From Ginkgo biloba (Eukaryota; Plantae; Ginkgophyta), in NCBI GenBank assembly GCA_024626585.2, contig JANKJI020000001.1, positions 10,521,601 through 10,550,288 of the forward strand: a stretch of 28,688 bases of DNA, in the 5' to 3' direction. Both the position numbers and the translations under genes were made by a program. Positions 14,401-23,155 of this stretch are shown here, piece by piece (the stretch's first letter is position 1; every line of letters starts with the position of its first letter). The notes under the pieces are model-generated. The model worked only from the letters and a program-made list of their open reading frames with translations. It was not told the DNA's origin and did not search any database.

Positions 14401-17400
14401 TATTAGGGACCTTCCAAGGAAAGAGGTTTGGAAGTTGTTTAATAGGAAAATCATGTTGATATTATACCTACAAATGTGTATGTATTGAATCATTGTTAAG
14501 AATCAAATTTGACCATTATTATGCCACTAGCATTAGGTTTGTGGGCACAACAAACAATGGGATTCAATAGCACCTAGTTTCTTCCTGTGTGTTAAACGGC
14601 GTTGAGTCACAAAAAGGGTCATTTCATTTAGTTTGAATCAATTTATTGTCATTAAACCTTTTCCAACTATGTCCTTGATTGCCCAATAGTAACTCTCTGC
14701 TCATTCATTAGGATAAGCAATTTGTTACAAGCACCAATTGGTCCCACTTCCAGGCCAAGGGGGCTAATTCTCTGCTTGTAAGCATAAGAGGTTGTGCGGA
14801 CACATGAAATCACCAAATGACTACTATTGAGAACCTTACAAAGTTGAATGAGGCTTGAACAATCGCCAAAAATTGAACTATCATTGGAAGATCAACAAAC
14901 GCCAAAAGATGAATGGTCGCCAGAGGCAAAATAGTCACCAGAAGTTGAAAGGCAAATTGGAAAGTGTTAACCCCAGAATTGCATTCAACAATTCTGATGT
15001 TAATCCGCAGCCAAACCATATCAGGCTGAGTTTGTTTAAATAATGATGACNNNNNNNNNNNNNNNNNNNNNNNNNNNNNNNNNNNNNNNNNNNNNNNNNN
15101 NNNNNNNNNNNNNNNNNNNNNNNNNNNNNNNNNNNNNNNNNNNNNNNNNNGAAAGGCTCTCACTCCATCCAAATTCTTTGGATGTTCCATGTTAAAAATT
15201 ATCTGGATATTATAAAGATCTATCTTCAATCTTTGTGCACAAACAATGTGCTTGAGAACCTTCCAACTTGATACTAGTCAATCTCATCAACAAATCTCCA
15301 TGCATTTCCTTCAAGTGCACTGAAATGGGATCATACGCTAACCAATTGTCCACAAATACTTTTACCTTCTGTTGACAAGGGTTTGCCAACGGGAGATAAC
15401 TCAGCCATAGATAGGTATACAAAACAATACATGAGAGACGCATAGAGATATAAGAACCAGAGATTCCATTAAGATGAGGGGCAGTCCCGAATTCGGGACT
15501 TCCCTGAGCATTACATTCATTGTGAGGTCCTCCACTCTCTATTCTCCCCTATCTTAGATCAATAACATACATATGTATATATAGGTGGCGGAGGTCGTTG
15601 GGTAGCCCTAAATACTCATTATACACTGACACAATGTTTAAGTGATGTTACATGATACATTAGAAGAAAACCATCCAACACCTTATTGAAAAGTTTTCAA
15701 ATAATCAAAGAATGATCTACTTAAATGTTGTTGGAGCATTACACAACTCAAAGAGAATTTTGTTATAATGCCACATTCAAACATAAATGTGGTCTCCATC
15801 CTATCCTCCTTGGCAATGTTAATCAAATTGTAACCTGAGAACCCATCATAGAATGAATAGATCTTATGCCCTGCCACCTCTTCTAGAATACTATCTATAA
15901 ACAACATTGGAAAGGGACCCTTTTTGGTCACCACATTTAATTTGTAGAATTCCACACAAATGCAAAACCTATGATTTTTTGTGCAAAATTATGATAGGAG
16001 AGACCCAATTATTGGCACTTACTTTGAAGATGATCCCAACATATAGCATCTTCATGATTTCCTATTCAACCTAGGCTGCATATTTAAGATTCATGTGATA
16101 TGGGCACAATTTTACAAGATTTGCATTTGGTATGAGTTCAATTTGATGCTCACATAATCCCTGGGTAAGTACTTTTTGATTATGATATGTCCATGCAAAC
16201 ACATCTTTCTATTCTTTCAAAAACTTTCCATGATAATATTTCGAGTATGATCTTTCCAAGATTAGCTTTCATCTTTGTTGGGGACTCGTATTATATCTAG
16301 ACTTCACTGGGGAATGTATATGTTGGTGTCATCTCCATTCTTGTTTCGACATGCTTGAATTCTAAAAAATGGGGAGGATATATATTTGTGTCCTCAACTA
16401 CAACCCCAACATCATTTTGCATGTTTATGGTATTATGTATAGCATCACTTTGATCATCATCCTACTTTGTCAAATCAACCTCTGTCTGGTAAAATCGAAG
16501 TGAGAACATTTCATAATCCACCAATTACTAATGCAACAAACCACTATCCGAAAGAAAACCATCTTCTCAACATCAATCCAACATTAATACTCCATCTTTT
16601 TATTGGCTCACATGGTGCATCTTTGGATGACACACTTCCCATGTCAATATCATATCATTGTCTCCATGGTTCAAAGCCACACTCAATGTTAGCTCCTCAC
16701 TCACCATCTTCTTCTATAGATCAATGCANNNNNNNNNNNNNNNNNNNNNNNNNNNNNNNNNNNNNNNNNNNNNNNNNNTCTTTCAAACATGGTTGTCTGA
16801 ATAATGTAGAGTAAGATGGTTCTCTTTGAGAGATCATAATTACCACAAAATCAACCTTTGAAGTTTGACTGGCAATGTGGATAACTTGGTCCATCAATAA
16901 TTCTTGCAATTTGACTTGACTTTGATCTACCATCCTTAATATGAATCTTGAAGGCCAAAGTGTTGGTCTACCAAGTTGTTGTGTATGGTCTCCTAGATTA
17001 AATTGACTCTCGATTTTCCATGCACAATAATTTGAATCAACTACTATTCCATCACCTTCATAATAATCTCCACCACATGATCCTCTAGGATCATTAGGGA
17101 GTGTGCATCTGAAACATTGTTGACAATTGCATCATTTTGAATTGGAAGCTCTATGATGCCTGATTCCATTACAGTNNNNNNNNNNNNNNNNNNNNNNNNN
17201 NNNNNNNNNNNNNNNNNNNNNNNNNNNNNNNNNNNNNNNNNNNNNNNNNNNNNNNNNNNNNNNNNNNNNNNNNNNATTGCGTCAATTGCAAGAAAATGAT
17301 GGCCATTTCTAGCATAAAGGAATCAATGTGGAGCAACTTAACTTTCGTTGACAATAGGTGAGTAAAAACTAAAAATTATTGGGAGAAAGGGTACAAAAGA

Positions 17401-20400
17401 AGCAAGAAGATTATGCCACAAGCATAAAGTCCACATCAAGGTTGGGGAAAATTTAAAGTTAGGCTATGGGAACCTTAAAAAAAAATTGCAATGAGTAATG
17501 GCAGGCAAATGATAAAATGCCCAACATCCTTATTGATCTCAATTCAAGCAAAGTTCATATATTTTAAAATTAATCAGGGATATTGGGTTTTGATGACTTA
17601 TTTAACATTTTCCCATTGTACAAGTTCAAGTATAGATTACATAGTAAGAATGGTGGGTTACAAAGTTAAAGCAAACACAAATACCGAGAGCCCACCAAAT
17701 GTGGTATGACATCTTTTGTTCTAGGTAGTAGTTAGCTACCTTAAAAATGACTTTACAAACGTAGAAATTAGAAACACATTATAATAAAAGCATCAAGTCC
17801 GGAAGTAGGTGGTGGTTGGGCACCACACTACAGTTAATAGCATGCTTAATTTGTAAAGGACTTGTGGAAAGCTAGCCTTTGGTTAACTTGTTGTACTGCT
17901 TATGAGCACGATCACGCTCTCAGCCCAGTAGAGTTATACTCACCCTTCATGCTACTGTTCTATAAGAATAAAAAGATACCATATATGTTCAAAAACTGAT
18001 AGTGAGATTACAAAAATATGAAAATGCATATCAAAGGCTATCACTTCCACAGATTGCTAATCCTAGTTTGCTTGTTGTAAAATGACTTTGTTTGTTTCTA
18101 ATTGGCTTTTAGCATGTGTTCAATATCTGTCCAAGGCTGATCATAGTATATAGCGGTTCCAATTGACAGCTAACATTTATAGGCAGGAACAGCCACTAGT
18201 TGTATCCATGTTGTTCTTGAATTTTATATATTAATGTATATCCCTATATAAATTCATTATTTTTGAATAGGTTATTCGTAGGTTATATAAAGTCATGTGC
18301 AGAGCATGCTCTAACGAGGATGAGATTTCATTGGACAATGCCACTGCCTGTGTGTGTTGGGCATAGCTTCATAAATTAGTACTCAGAAGAGGTTTAGGCT
18401 TTTAATATAAATGGGAACCTTACTCCTAGAGGACAGCAATCTAGCTTTGAAGCAAGAACAACAATGCATGTGTTTATATTTGTAATTTTCACACTGAATG
18501 CAAAGTTCTTTTTGAGCAATGAAATATTCTATGTCTTTTTATGAGCATGGTATTCATGTATTCTTGTGTTGTGAAGAGTAATATGTTTCNNNNNNNNNNA
18601 AAAGAAATCACGCTGTGTGGTGGTGTCAAGCAACTATAAGGAAGAAGTAATATGGAATGTTGTAATTGTCTATTTGCAGGGCAAAGCCAATTAACTGCAT
18701 TTCTGTTATAAAGTGTATTCCTGTAATTTGCAAAACTGATGCTCTCTTGGCCATTTTCTTGAATTGATATATAATATGTTGTGATATTCTGATCTGCTAC
18801 ATGAATTCTACATATCCCTTTGCTTAGGAACAATATATCATAATTTCTTTCCTCTATTACTGACATAATTGGTTCTATTGTTCCAATTATCACGAGGCAT
18901 GTCTCTCTTCAAGTATCAACCCCAAATCTATCCGATATAGATTGCTTTCTGCATTTGCTAATGCCTTGTTTCTGAGAACTAAGGTAGCTAGCATGTGGAT
19001 TTAAAGGATTACCTAAGATTGTTGCACTTTAATCTATGTTTATTTCTTCTTTTTCTTGCTTAGGGATCCATAATAAATAGATAAAGAAAACAGTCTCGTA
19101 GAACTTACATGATTGTTTCATACCACCCACCCAATAAGTTCAGTACCGTTAGTAGTTCAGCAATCATGTGTATTTAAAGTACCTCTCGAGGTACTCTTCG
19201 ATTTATGTTAAAGTCATCAATATTGTGTAAAGTTAGCTTAGACTTGACAAAAATGCTACTCTTAAGCAAACAGCCCTCAGCCCAATCAACAATGAGATCC
19301 AATAGATGGCACCAATGAGACAGAACAAGACAAATGAAACATGGGGAAAATATCATTACAGATTTTACCTGTGTCTTTGTTCATNNNNNNNNNNNNNNNN
19401 NNNNNNNNNNNNNNNNNNNNNNNNNNNNNNNNNNNNNNNNNNNNNNNNNNNNNNNNNNNNNNNNNNNNNNNNNNNNNNNNNNNNNNNNNNNNNNNNNNNN
19501 NNNNNNNNNNNNNNNNNNNNNNNNNNNNNNNNNNNNNNNNNNNNNNNNNNNNNNNNNNNNNNNNNNNNNNNNNNNNNNNNNNNNNNNNNNNNNNNNNNNN
19601 NNNNNNNNNNNNNNNNNNNNNNNNNNNNNNNNNNNNNNNNNNNNNNNNNNNNNNNNNNNNNNNNNNNNNNNNNNNNNNNNNNNNNNNNNNNNNNNNNNNN
19701 NNNNNNNNNNNNNNNNNNNNNNNNNNNNNNNNNNNNNNNNNNNNNNNNNNNNNNNNNNNNNNNNNNNNNNNNNNNNNNNNNNNNNNNNNNNNNNNNNNNN
19801 NNNNNNNNNNNNNNNNNNNNNNNNNNNNNNNNNNNNNNNNNNNNNNNNNNNNNNNNNNNNNNNNNNNNNNNNNNNNNNNNNNNNNNNNNNNNNNNNNNNN
19901 NNNNNNNNNNNNNNNNNNNNNNNNNNNNNNNNNNNNNNNNNNNNNNNNNNNNNNNNNNNNNNNNNNNNNNNNNNTAACTATAAGTAGCAATATGCCATAA
20001 GCTTCTCCATTCAAAGAAAGAGAAGATCAACAACAAGTGTTAAGGTGTGTTGAGCACATCAAATAAGTGCAAAGGAAGGTATAAGATACTCTATTAAAGA
20101 TTTAACAAAGGTACAAATTAAGGCATGATAAACATCGATAAGACCATAAATTTCAAGTGGGAGATAAAGTGTGGTTACATCTATCCAATAAAAGGTTCTA
20201 AGGGAAAAATTTAAAGATGAAGCCTATTTGATATGGCCCATTTGTTATCATAGAGAAAGTGGGACAAAATGCCTTTAAGATAGATTTGCCCCCATATATA
20301 GGAATCCACCCAAATTTTAATGTTGACATCTTAAATCTCTTTGAACCATCCATAATGGATGGATAGGAAGGTGACGATGAGATTTTTATACCTCCTCCAA

Positions 20401-21175
20401 AAGAGTTGATTCTAGACGAGCAAAAGCCACTGGAAGAATATGTAATTTTATAAAGTAGAGATAAGGCATCTAGACAAGGTGACACTAAGATATACAAAGT
20501 TGGCCAAGTAGGACAAGTGCCTCAAGCTAACAAATGGTTTACTGAGGAACAAATTCAAAAGGAGTTTCCAAAACTTAGTGAGAAGATGATAGAGACCATT
20601 ATCCTTAAAGGGGGGAGGCTTGATCCAGATTAGATGTAATGAAGAAGGATCATTATCAACTTCCATATTCATGGTGGCAAGGAAATGATATATTATATAA
20701 ATAAGTCACTGTAAAAGGTTCCCATTGTAAGTATTTTACGTTTCCAAAAGGGTTCAAGTGATAATAGTTAGAAATTGGTGAGAACAATGAACTAATTAAA
20801 CAACAAGACAACCAAATGTCCAGAAAACTACTCTATGAGGTTATAGAATATTTTAATGCAAATTCATATTCCTCCGTGCACTCAAAATTCAATGCGTTGT
20901 ATATATCTTTGAGTTACATATTTTGATGTTAAAAAAGAATTAATAACAGATCCTTACCCATTTATAGATCCAAGGTCCAATGAGGACTGCATAACAGAGA
21001 AGGCACTTATTAAACACAAATTTGCCACAGTTTTACAATGTGATAATTTAAACGCCAGCTTTGATTTATATGTTCTTGAGTAAAATTGAAGTGCACAGAT
21101 ATTTGAAATGTTCTTGATTTTTCCAATTAAACGCAAATTTACCCCGAGATCGAGTTCCAGGTCGCTTAATCCCAT
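5335..21175 (-). CDS. MSD1: Partial multi-exon gene: afadin- and alpha-actinin-binding (ADIP) protein, Msd1/SSX2IP homolog. Visible exons 21175-21143, 20986-20958, 17954-17944, [missing exons], 12987-12898, 12728-12666, 5798-5724, 5572-5507, 5412-5335; continues beyond 5335
   Basis: Hand-spliced translation: MGLSDLELDLG|SSLDLGSING|SMK...[gap]...EQKASAASKAQIEKLQQERDEFQRMVIGNQ|QIRTKQIHEMKKKEKEYVKLQ|ERLNQVLMEKKKESKSGIEIMNLLQ|KEGRQRGTWNGKKADGEFYKMI|VDAYETKKQELMAENADLRALLRSMQ. All junctions are GT-AG and the last five exons are phase 0. The peptide closely matches plant ADIP/Msd1 proteins as I recall them (e.g. Arabidopsis At5g57410); no database search was run. Confidence 0.92.
5507..5572 (-). 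CDS. MSD1: MSD1-like exon (KEGRQRGTWNGKKADGEFYKMI)
   Basis: 66 nt, GTAG|AAA...ATT|GTATGT. Confidence 0.94.
5724..5798 (-). CDS. MSD1: MSD1-like exon (ERLNQVLMEKKKESKSGIEIMNLLQ)
   Basis: 75 nt, TTTCAG|GAG...CAG|GTATGC; visible at the end of ORF-track entry 5709..6020. Confidence 0.94.
6018..6848 (+). mobile_element. Degenerate Ty3/Gypsy (chromovirus-like) gag C-terminus and aspartic protease, antisense within an MSD1 intron
   Basis: Gag-like TLDKAFQYALEVER; protease-like CLLILDNGRIKNLIFVELVEKLKLPTEPHPSPYHLCWV...CNVSPMDWCDLL (compare LIIDSGS.KNL...PHPxPY..W...CDVVPMDACHILLG); in-frame stops. Confidence 0.85.
6919..7632. mobile_element. Probable LTR fragment
   Basis: Begins TGTTAAC just after the protease homology ends; non-coding, with recurrent CTCATTAATGC-like submotifs typical of plant LTR U3 regions; the other end is lost in an N gap. 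Confidence 0.4.
8405..8595. repeat. Highly degenerate minisatellite, about 8 units of ~22-27 bp
   Basis: Recurring cores GTGATCAGACATT, GCAATCAGACACT, TTATCAAATACT, ATGATCGACCATT, ACAACTAGATACT, ATGACCGAATACT, GTGATTGCCCACT. Confidence 0.55.
10470..11980 (+). mobile_element. Decayed LINE (L1-like) ORF2 3' part with an RNase H-like domain, antisense within an MSD1 intron
   Basis: 10479-10584 reads EAISWRDLAKTLREVGLGL.../TNIAILCKVF* (compare VAWxxICxPKxEGGLG...NxALLxKxxW); about 11465-11510 reads LDFNLDGSFKEMP (compare KxNxDGAxxGNPG); about 11930 reads SRVANR (compare REANxxAD). Frameshifted. Confidence 0.55.
12666..12728 (-). CDS. MSD1: MSD1-like exon (QIRTKQIHEMKKKEKEYVKLQ)
   Basis: 63 nt, TATAG|CAA...CAG|GTAAAT. 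Confidence 0.93.
12898..12987 (-). CDS. MSD1: MSD1-like exon (EQKASAASKAQIEKLQQERDEFQRMVIGNQ)
   Basis: 90 nt, CAG|GAA...CAG|GTTGGT; contains the conserved coiled-coil motif IEKLQQERDEFQRMVIGNQ. Confidence 0.93.
14020..14300 (-). mobile_element. Possible very old Ty1/Copia RT-RNase H remnant
   Basis: The minus strand gives KRYL*GTID (compare RYLKGTxD) and, further on, a weak FYDESVLNL...KNVQN resemblance to YCDNxSAIxLxKNPVQH. Confidence 0.3.
15151..17175 (-). mobile_element. Degenerate Ty3/Gypsy (non-chromovirus, Tat/Athila-like) pol: protease (~16780-17050) and reverse transcriptase (~15151-16230)
   Basis: DVFAWTY, NWVSPIII, EFYKLNVVTKKGPFPMLFIDSILEEVAGHKIYSFYDGFSGYNLINIAKED, KVFVDNW (the YxDD site), LDGVRAF; protease region LGRPTLWPS...VDFVVI...SYSTLFRQPCL; many stops and frameshifts. 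Confidence 0.92.
15370..15680. mobile_element. 311-bp solo LTR inserted into the Gypsy RT
   Basis: Termini TGTTG...CAACA; flanks CCTTC (15365-15369) and CCTTA (15681-15685) form a 5-bp TSD with one mismatch; RT homology (..FDYLKTF / KVFVDNW..) resumes on either side. Confidence 0.85.
17944..17954 (-). CDS. MSD1: Candidate 11-nt micro-exon 3 (TAGCATGAAGG)
   Basis: Acceptor TTTTTATTCTTATAGAACAG| and a strong donor AGG|GTGAGT; phase-compatible with exon 2 (GG+T = Gly, then Ser-Met-Lys). Confidence 0.55.
19975..20640 (+). mobile_element. Ty3/Gypsy integrase C-terminus (GPY/F motif), chromodomain-like tail and PPT, antisense in intron 2
   Basis: FQVGDKVWLHL...KMKPI*YGPFVIIEKVGQNAFKIDLPPYIGIHPNFNVDILNLFEP...KWFTEEQIQKEFP; PPT AAAGGGGGGAGG at 20607-20618, then TG at 20621. 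Confidence 0.9.
20958..20986 (-). CDS. MSD1: MSD1-like exon 2 (SSLDLGSING, 29 nt, ends in phase 2)
   Basis: Acceptor TTCTCTGTTATGCAG| and donor GG|GTAAGG; in frame with exon 1. Confidence 0.7.
21143..21175 (-). CDS. MSD1: MSD1-like coding exon 1 (MGLSDLELDLG)
   Basis: ATG at 21175 in a locally GC/CpG-richer island; donor GGG|GTAAAT at 21142; resembles the recalled N-terminus of plant homologs (MPxxDxxLDLR). Confidence 0.75.
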
Positions 21176-21420
21176 TATTCCGAGACCAGCGGTGCCTGCG
21201 ATAAGAGAAGGTCAGGGCTTGTTTGTTAAGCTTTGGCCATGACCAGAGGAAGAGGAGCAGTACAAAGAACCATTATAATGAGCGAGCGAGGGAGAAAAAT
21301 GACAAATAAATAAGAATAAAAGGATTTAAGGATTCTACTAAATGACGATTCGGAACTCTCAACGGTCTCACACCAAAACAATGTTTTGAAAATGTATTAA
21401 AGGTATATGACGCCAAGGTG
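21176..21420 (-). promoter_or_regulatory. Probable 5' UTR and proximal promoter of the MSD1-like gene
   Basis: Immediately upstream of the ATG; CpG retained relative to the flanks; CT-rich on the sense strand (CTCCTCTTCCTCT, TTTTTCTCCCTCGCTCGCTC). The TSS cannot be determined from sequence. Confidence 0.55.
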
Positions 21421-21614
21421 AAACATGGAGGTTGTTATTGTAATGCGCCTCTACTTGGCAAATTGGTCATATTTGATGTGTCTCCTTCCAAGATGATAGT
21501 AAAGTTCTTTACCANNNNNNNNNNNNNNNNNNNNNNNNNNNNNNNNNNNNNNNNNNNNNNNNNNNNNNNNNNNNNNNNNNNNNNNNNNNNNNNNNNNNNN
21601 NNNNNNNNNNNNNN

Positions 21615-21900
21615 AAAAAATAGTATCATGATTCCCATCATTGTGTTCAAGAGTATTAAGTGCACGACTTGGTGTTGGTTTATCAACTAATTTGAAAACA
21701 TAGACTTTCATCAAGTTTGCTTCATTGTTGGGTAGGACCTTATAAGGTGATAAGGAAATTGACTCCTTTAGCTTATTAGCTTTGGCATTTAGCAAATATA
21801 TCTATTCATGCAACATATGTTTTGAGGATGAAATCCTTTTATGAGACTCCTCCTATTCTATCTCCAAGGGGGATAATATAGGAAAAGAATCAAATTATAA
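21615..21900 (-). mobile_element. Possible decayed LINE reverse-transcriptase fragment
   Basis: IKGFHP...AKANKLKESISLSPYKVLPNNEANLMKVYVF loosely resembles the post-FADD region of plant L1 RT (EA..IK.IL..Y...SGQ.IN..KS.IFF). Confidence 0.3.
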
Positions 21901-22419
21901 TATGGCATTAGATCTTAGGTAGTTGAAGGAGGACATTAACAGTTGTGCAAAATTATTTACCAAGTAACCTCTTAGGGTAACGAATAAAAAATAACTCAAT
22001 GCATTGTAAAGGGACTTGGGGAATCACTATGAAATAATGTTACAATTTTGAATTCCTATGGGTTGTCTCTACAAAGTTGAACATGGCAGTATTATGGTCT
22101 TTAAAGTATAAAATCATCACTCTATACAACCTAAATATACTACCTAATTGATCACCAAAAAAGGGAAACATGTCACATGTATGTAACAAAAGTTATTATG
22201 TGACCAAATTGTACAAAAACTAACCAAAAAATGTCAATATGGAGGTAGATAAAAGCTTCATTCACTTAGTAGTACTGTATCATCAAGGATCTAAGGTAGT
22301 TGACTAATATCTAGCATAGTGATTTGCCTTAATTTTAATTAGTTCACTTCCTCTAAAGGTTTCCTCTTATTCCTCTCCATAGTACTTAATAATTCTTCTA
22401 TCTACAATTCCCTTAATAG

Positions 22420-23155
22420 TGTGATACCCTGATACAACATTATTGAGTATCTACAAGGTTATGAGTATTAGGAAATTGCCTAAGAAAGGTGCCCCTCACC
22501 CCTTANNNNNNNNNNNNNNNNNNNNNNNNNNNNNNNNNNNNNNNNNNNCCTAAAGTTCTGAGGTAGTGATCGAAATGGGAAACAACTAAATAATATAGAG
22601 AAAATAACCATTCACAGATAAACAATGTATATATGCTACAATAAAGAACAATATCCAATCAAAATGCACTTGGAAAGAATCTTGATAACTATGGTAAATC
22701 AATTACATGAAGATAACAAGGTGTTATAAATAGTAAAAATTATAGAATACTTGAGAATCAAAGGGTGTGGGGTACCTACCACCACNNNNNNNNNNNNNNN
22801 NNNNNNNNNNNNNNNNNTTCTAAAACAAGAAGAAAAGATAAAATGTAATGAATGAGTGATGAGAAAGAAGTGGATTAAGGCCTTTTTATAATTAAAACTA
22901 AGGCACCTTGGTTCAAGAGTCATATCATTTCATTTAAGAGGTGTCTTTTGGTACTTAAAGACCCATTTAGCTAACTAAATTTGGGTTCTTGGTTTTAAGA
23001 TCTTATCAAGTGATGATTGTCATGCATAGAATCAGACTGTATTAAGACTTTATTAACCTTATTGGCCTTTTTAGCCCCTAGTTTTGGGATTTATTCTCTT
23101 AAATCTTATTTTAGGCTTAGGTTGTGTTTAGGAACACAACATTCCATCCTCCCTT
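22420..23155 (-). mobile_element. 3' LTR (23141-22420) with PPT (23155-23142) of an LTR retrotransposon upstream of the gene
   Basis: The minus strand reads TTTTAAGGGAGGATGGAA|TGTTGTG... and ends ...GGGTATCACA at 22420; interrupted by two small N gaps. Confidence 0.65.

Noticed and set aside
14810-15043. Overlapping ORFs 14810..15229 (-) and 14855..15043 (+)
   Set aside because: The minus ORF fuses RT sequence across a 100-N gap to unrelated DNA; the part left of the gap has no recognisable domain.
18489-18893. 134-aa minus-strand ORF in intron 2 as a candidate for the missing exons
   Set aside because: No resemblance to the expected FGFPASLDLF / RTCNC / RLEAKVERLE motifs, no convincing splice sites, and it spans a small gap.
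19174-19356. 60-aa minus-strand ORF ending near a GAG|GTAC donor-like site
   Set aside because: The peptide matches nothing expected in Msd1/ADIP and has no clear acceptor; probably intronic noise.
19286-20036. Five long ORFs (217-242 aa) in the ORF track
   Set aside because: They consist almost entirely of X from the 590-N gap. The same applies to 3871..4635 and other gap-spanning ORFs.
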